Assembly: GCA_951406725.2 (NCBI GenBank)
Contig: OX597821.1
Span: 16,554,001 to 16,618,000 of the forward strand
Source of the DNA: Octopus vulgaris
Lineage: Eukaryota
Direction of reading: 5' to 3'
DNA: 64,000 bases
Below the pieces are notes generated by a model, which ran no database searches, was not told where the DNA came from, and was given only the letters and a program-made list of their open reading frames with translations. Made by a program: the position numbers and the translations under genes. Positions 62,304-64,000 of the stretch are shown here, piece after piece (position 1 is the first letter of the stretch; each line of letters begins with the position of its first letter).

Positions 62304-64000
62304 TGTAGTAGTGGTGACAGTCATGCTTCACAATTTTTGACTGTAGCGAGATGGTTAAATCTGTGCCTTAAATACAGCTCCAGATTGCTAGGTTTTGCAA
62401 ACTGTATTCTGACCAATCAGTGTGTAGTATCACTCAATTACTTAAGCTGATTGGTTTAGGCGTCACGCTTTGTTGACCATGTCAAGAGTCCTGTATCTTA
62501 ACCCTGACCGAGGCAGAAATTGTTGGGCTATTTTTAGAAATGTTGTAAATAGCCTTTGTCTGGGATTTTTATATTTCAATTGTCATCATCATCATTGTCA
62601 GCACCTTAATTATTGTTGCTAGTGGTGATGGTGGTGGCAATAGAACTTTTAACCCTAAATAAGATAATTTTCCTGCTATCTTCATCTTGATCACCTTTAG
62701 TATTGTTGTTGTTGTTGTTAGTGGTCATGGTCGTAGCAGTAGAAGTAGTACCTCTAAATATTATTATTATTGCTTATTTAACTTGCTTTAAACATGATAT
62801 TATGATCACATGTTCTTCCATGCGAAATTTAGTGGTTTGTTTTAGAATTATTTTAGTAATTTAGACATGAAACAATCAAAATCTAGCATGGTTTGGAACA
62901 CATAAAATCCCTGGTCTATAAACTTATCCCTTCGATACGTCCCCATGTACGGAGAATATCTGCATTGTATGTAGGGTGAACTCACAGGTTAACTGTAAGG
63001 TTTGGAATATAGCGTATAGCTTACGATGTATTGAGGGATGGTGCAGAAACATGACAACTGCTTACGATAAAGAGACCGCACGAAGAGTAGGGAAGCGAAT
63101 AGGTGAACACTGGCGATAGCTCAAAGAAGAGAAATGCTCGTCACTGTTCAACGAACATGCTCAAAGATAACATAGAGGTTCAGTTAATAGCAAAGTGGTT
63201 AAGGTTTTATCAACGCATATATATGACACGACACTTAGGCAGCTCACGGAGGCTACACACATAGAAATAGACAGACCGAATATTAATTAAAAAAATTTAA
63301 TGGAACAATAACACCTACCACCACACCACACAACAAGACGGCAAAAGACAGAAGGGAGAAGAAAAACAGATACAAACAGTATAATACACATACAAAAGAC
63401 AAATATGCACATGCCTATGATATATATATAATAAATGGGGATAGATAAAAAAAACTGTATGAAAAGGCAGGGATTTGATAAACATAGGAAACGAACCCAT
63501 ATATACAAACACAACTTCATCAACTTCACAGATGGCAACAGCAATATCAACAACGACAACAGCAACAGCGGTAACAACAACAACAACAACTACTACTACT
63601 ACGTTGGCAGCAGCAGCGTGGGTAGTACACAAACGCAGAGAAGTATAGAAACGGTACCATAAGTCGGGTTCAAGGGCAGCAGCAACAGGCGGCAACGGAA
63701 CAGGGGCAGTGATAGTGCTAATATGAACAATGACAAACACACATATGTACACACACACACACACACACGCAAAAAAAAAAAGACGCGATTATAAGAATAC
63801 ACAACATAGAGGAACAGAATGGAATAAGTGTAGCAAGGGCATACATAAAGACAGAAAGTATCGCTGAAGAGGTCATAGATATATGACGAAAGATTTCTGG
63901 ACAATGGACACGAGTTAGAAGAACAGTAATATAAACAAGTGAAGAACGAATATAAAGTCGATGTGCTTATTTGGTAAAAAGAAAAAAAGTAACATCCCTA

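Noticed and set aside
63287-63904. Overlapping ORFs at the window end
   Set aside because: Low-complexity CAA/CAG/CTA repeats; no recognisable product

Overview
Eukaryotic, AT-rich, repeat-saturated genomic DNA, most likely from an Octopus species (inferred from the SINE families and the extreme microsatellite load). I found no host protein-coding gene I can support; nearly all listed ORFs are translations of (TA)n, (TACA)n, (GATA)n or trinucleotide repeats. The real content is mobile DNA. (1) At least four tRNA-head SINE families, about 20 copies. (2) CR1/L2-group LINE reverse-transcriptase pieces: a 2-kb copy at 29.5-31.5 kb, two near-identical tandem copies at 51.2-53.6 kb and a 3' fragment at 3.5 kb. 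(3) A decayed R4/Dong-type RT at 20.6-21.8 kb. (4) Four Tc1/mariner remnants. (5) Two young Penelope-like elements (PLEs), both arranged as long inverted duplications: 48.3-51.2 kb (GIY-YIG) and 55.0-58.8 kb (RT + GIY-YIG). The most interesting signal is a set of about a dozen type I hammerhead-ribozyme-like motifs, nine of them within 46.4-62.3 kb. Their catalytic 3-8 pair occurs as C-G, U-A and G-C in different families, and two have greatly expanded stem/loop II. The LINEs and SINEs also share a 3'-terminal hairpin with compensatory changes. All alignments and folds were done by eye.
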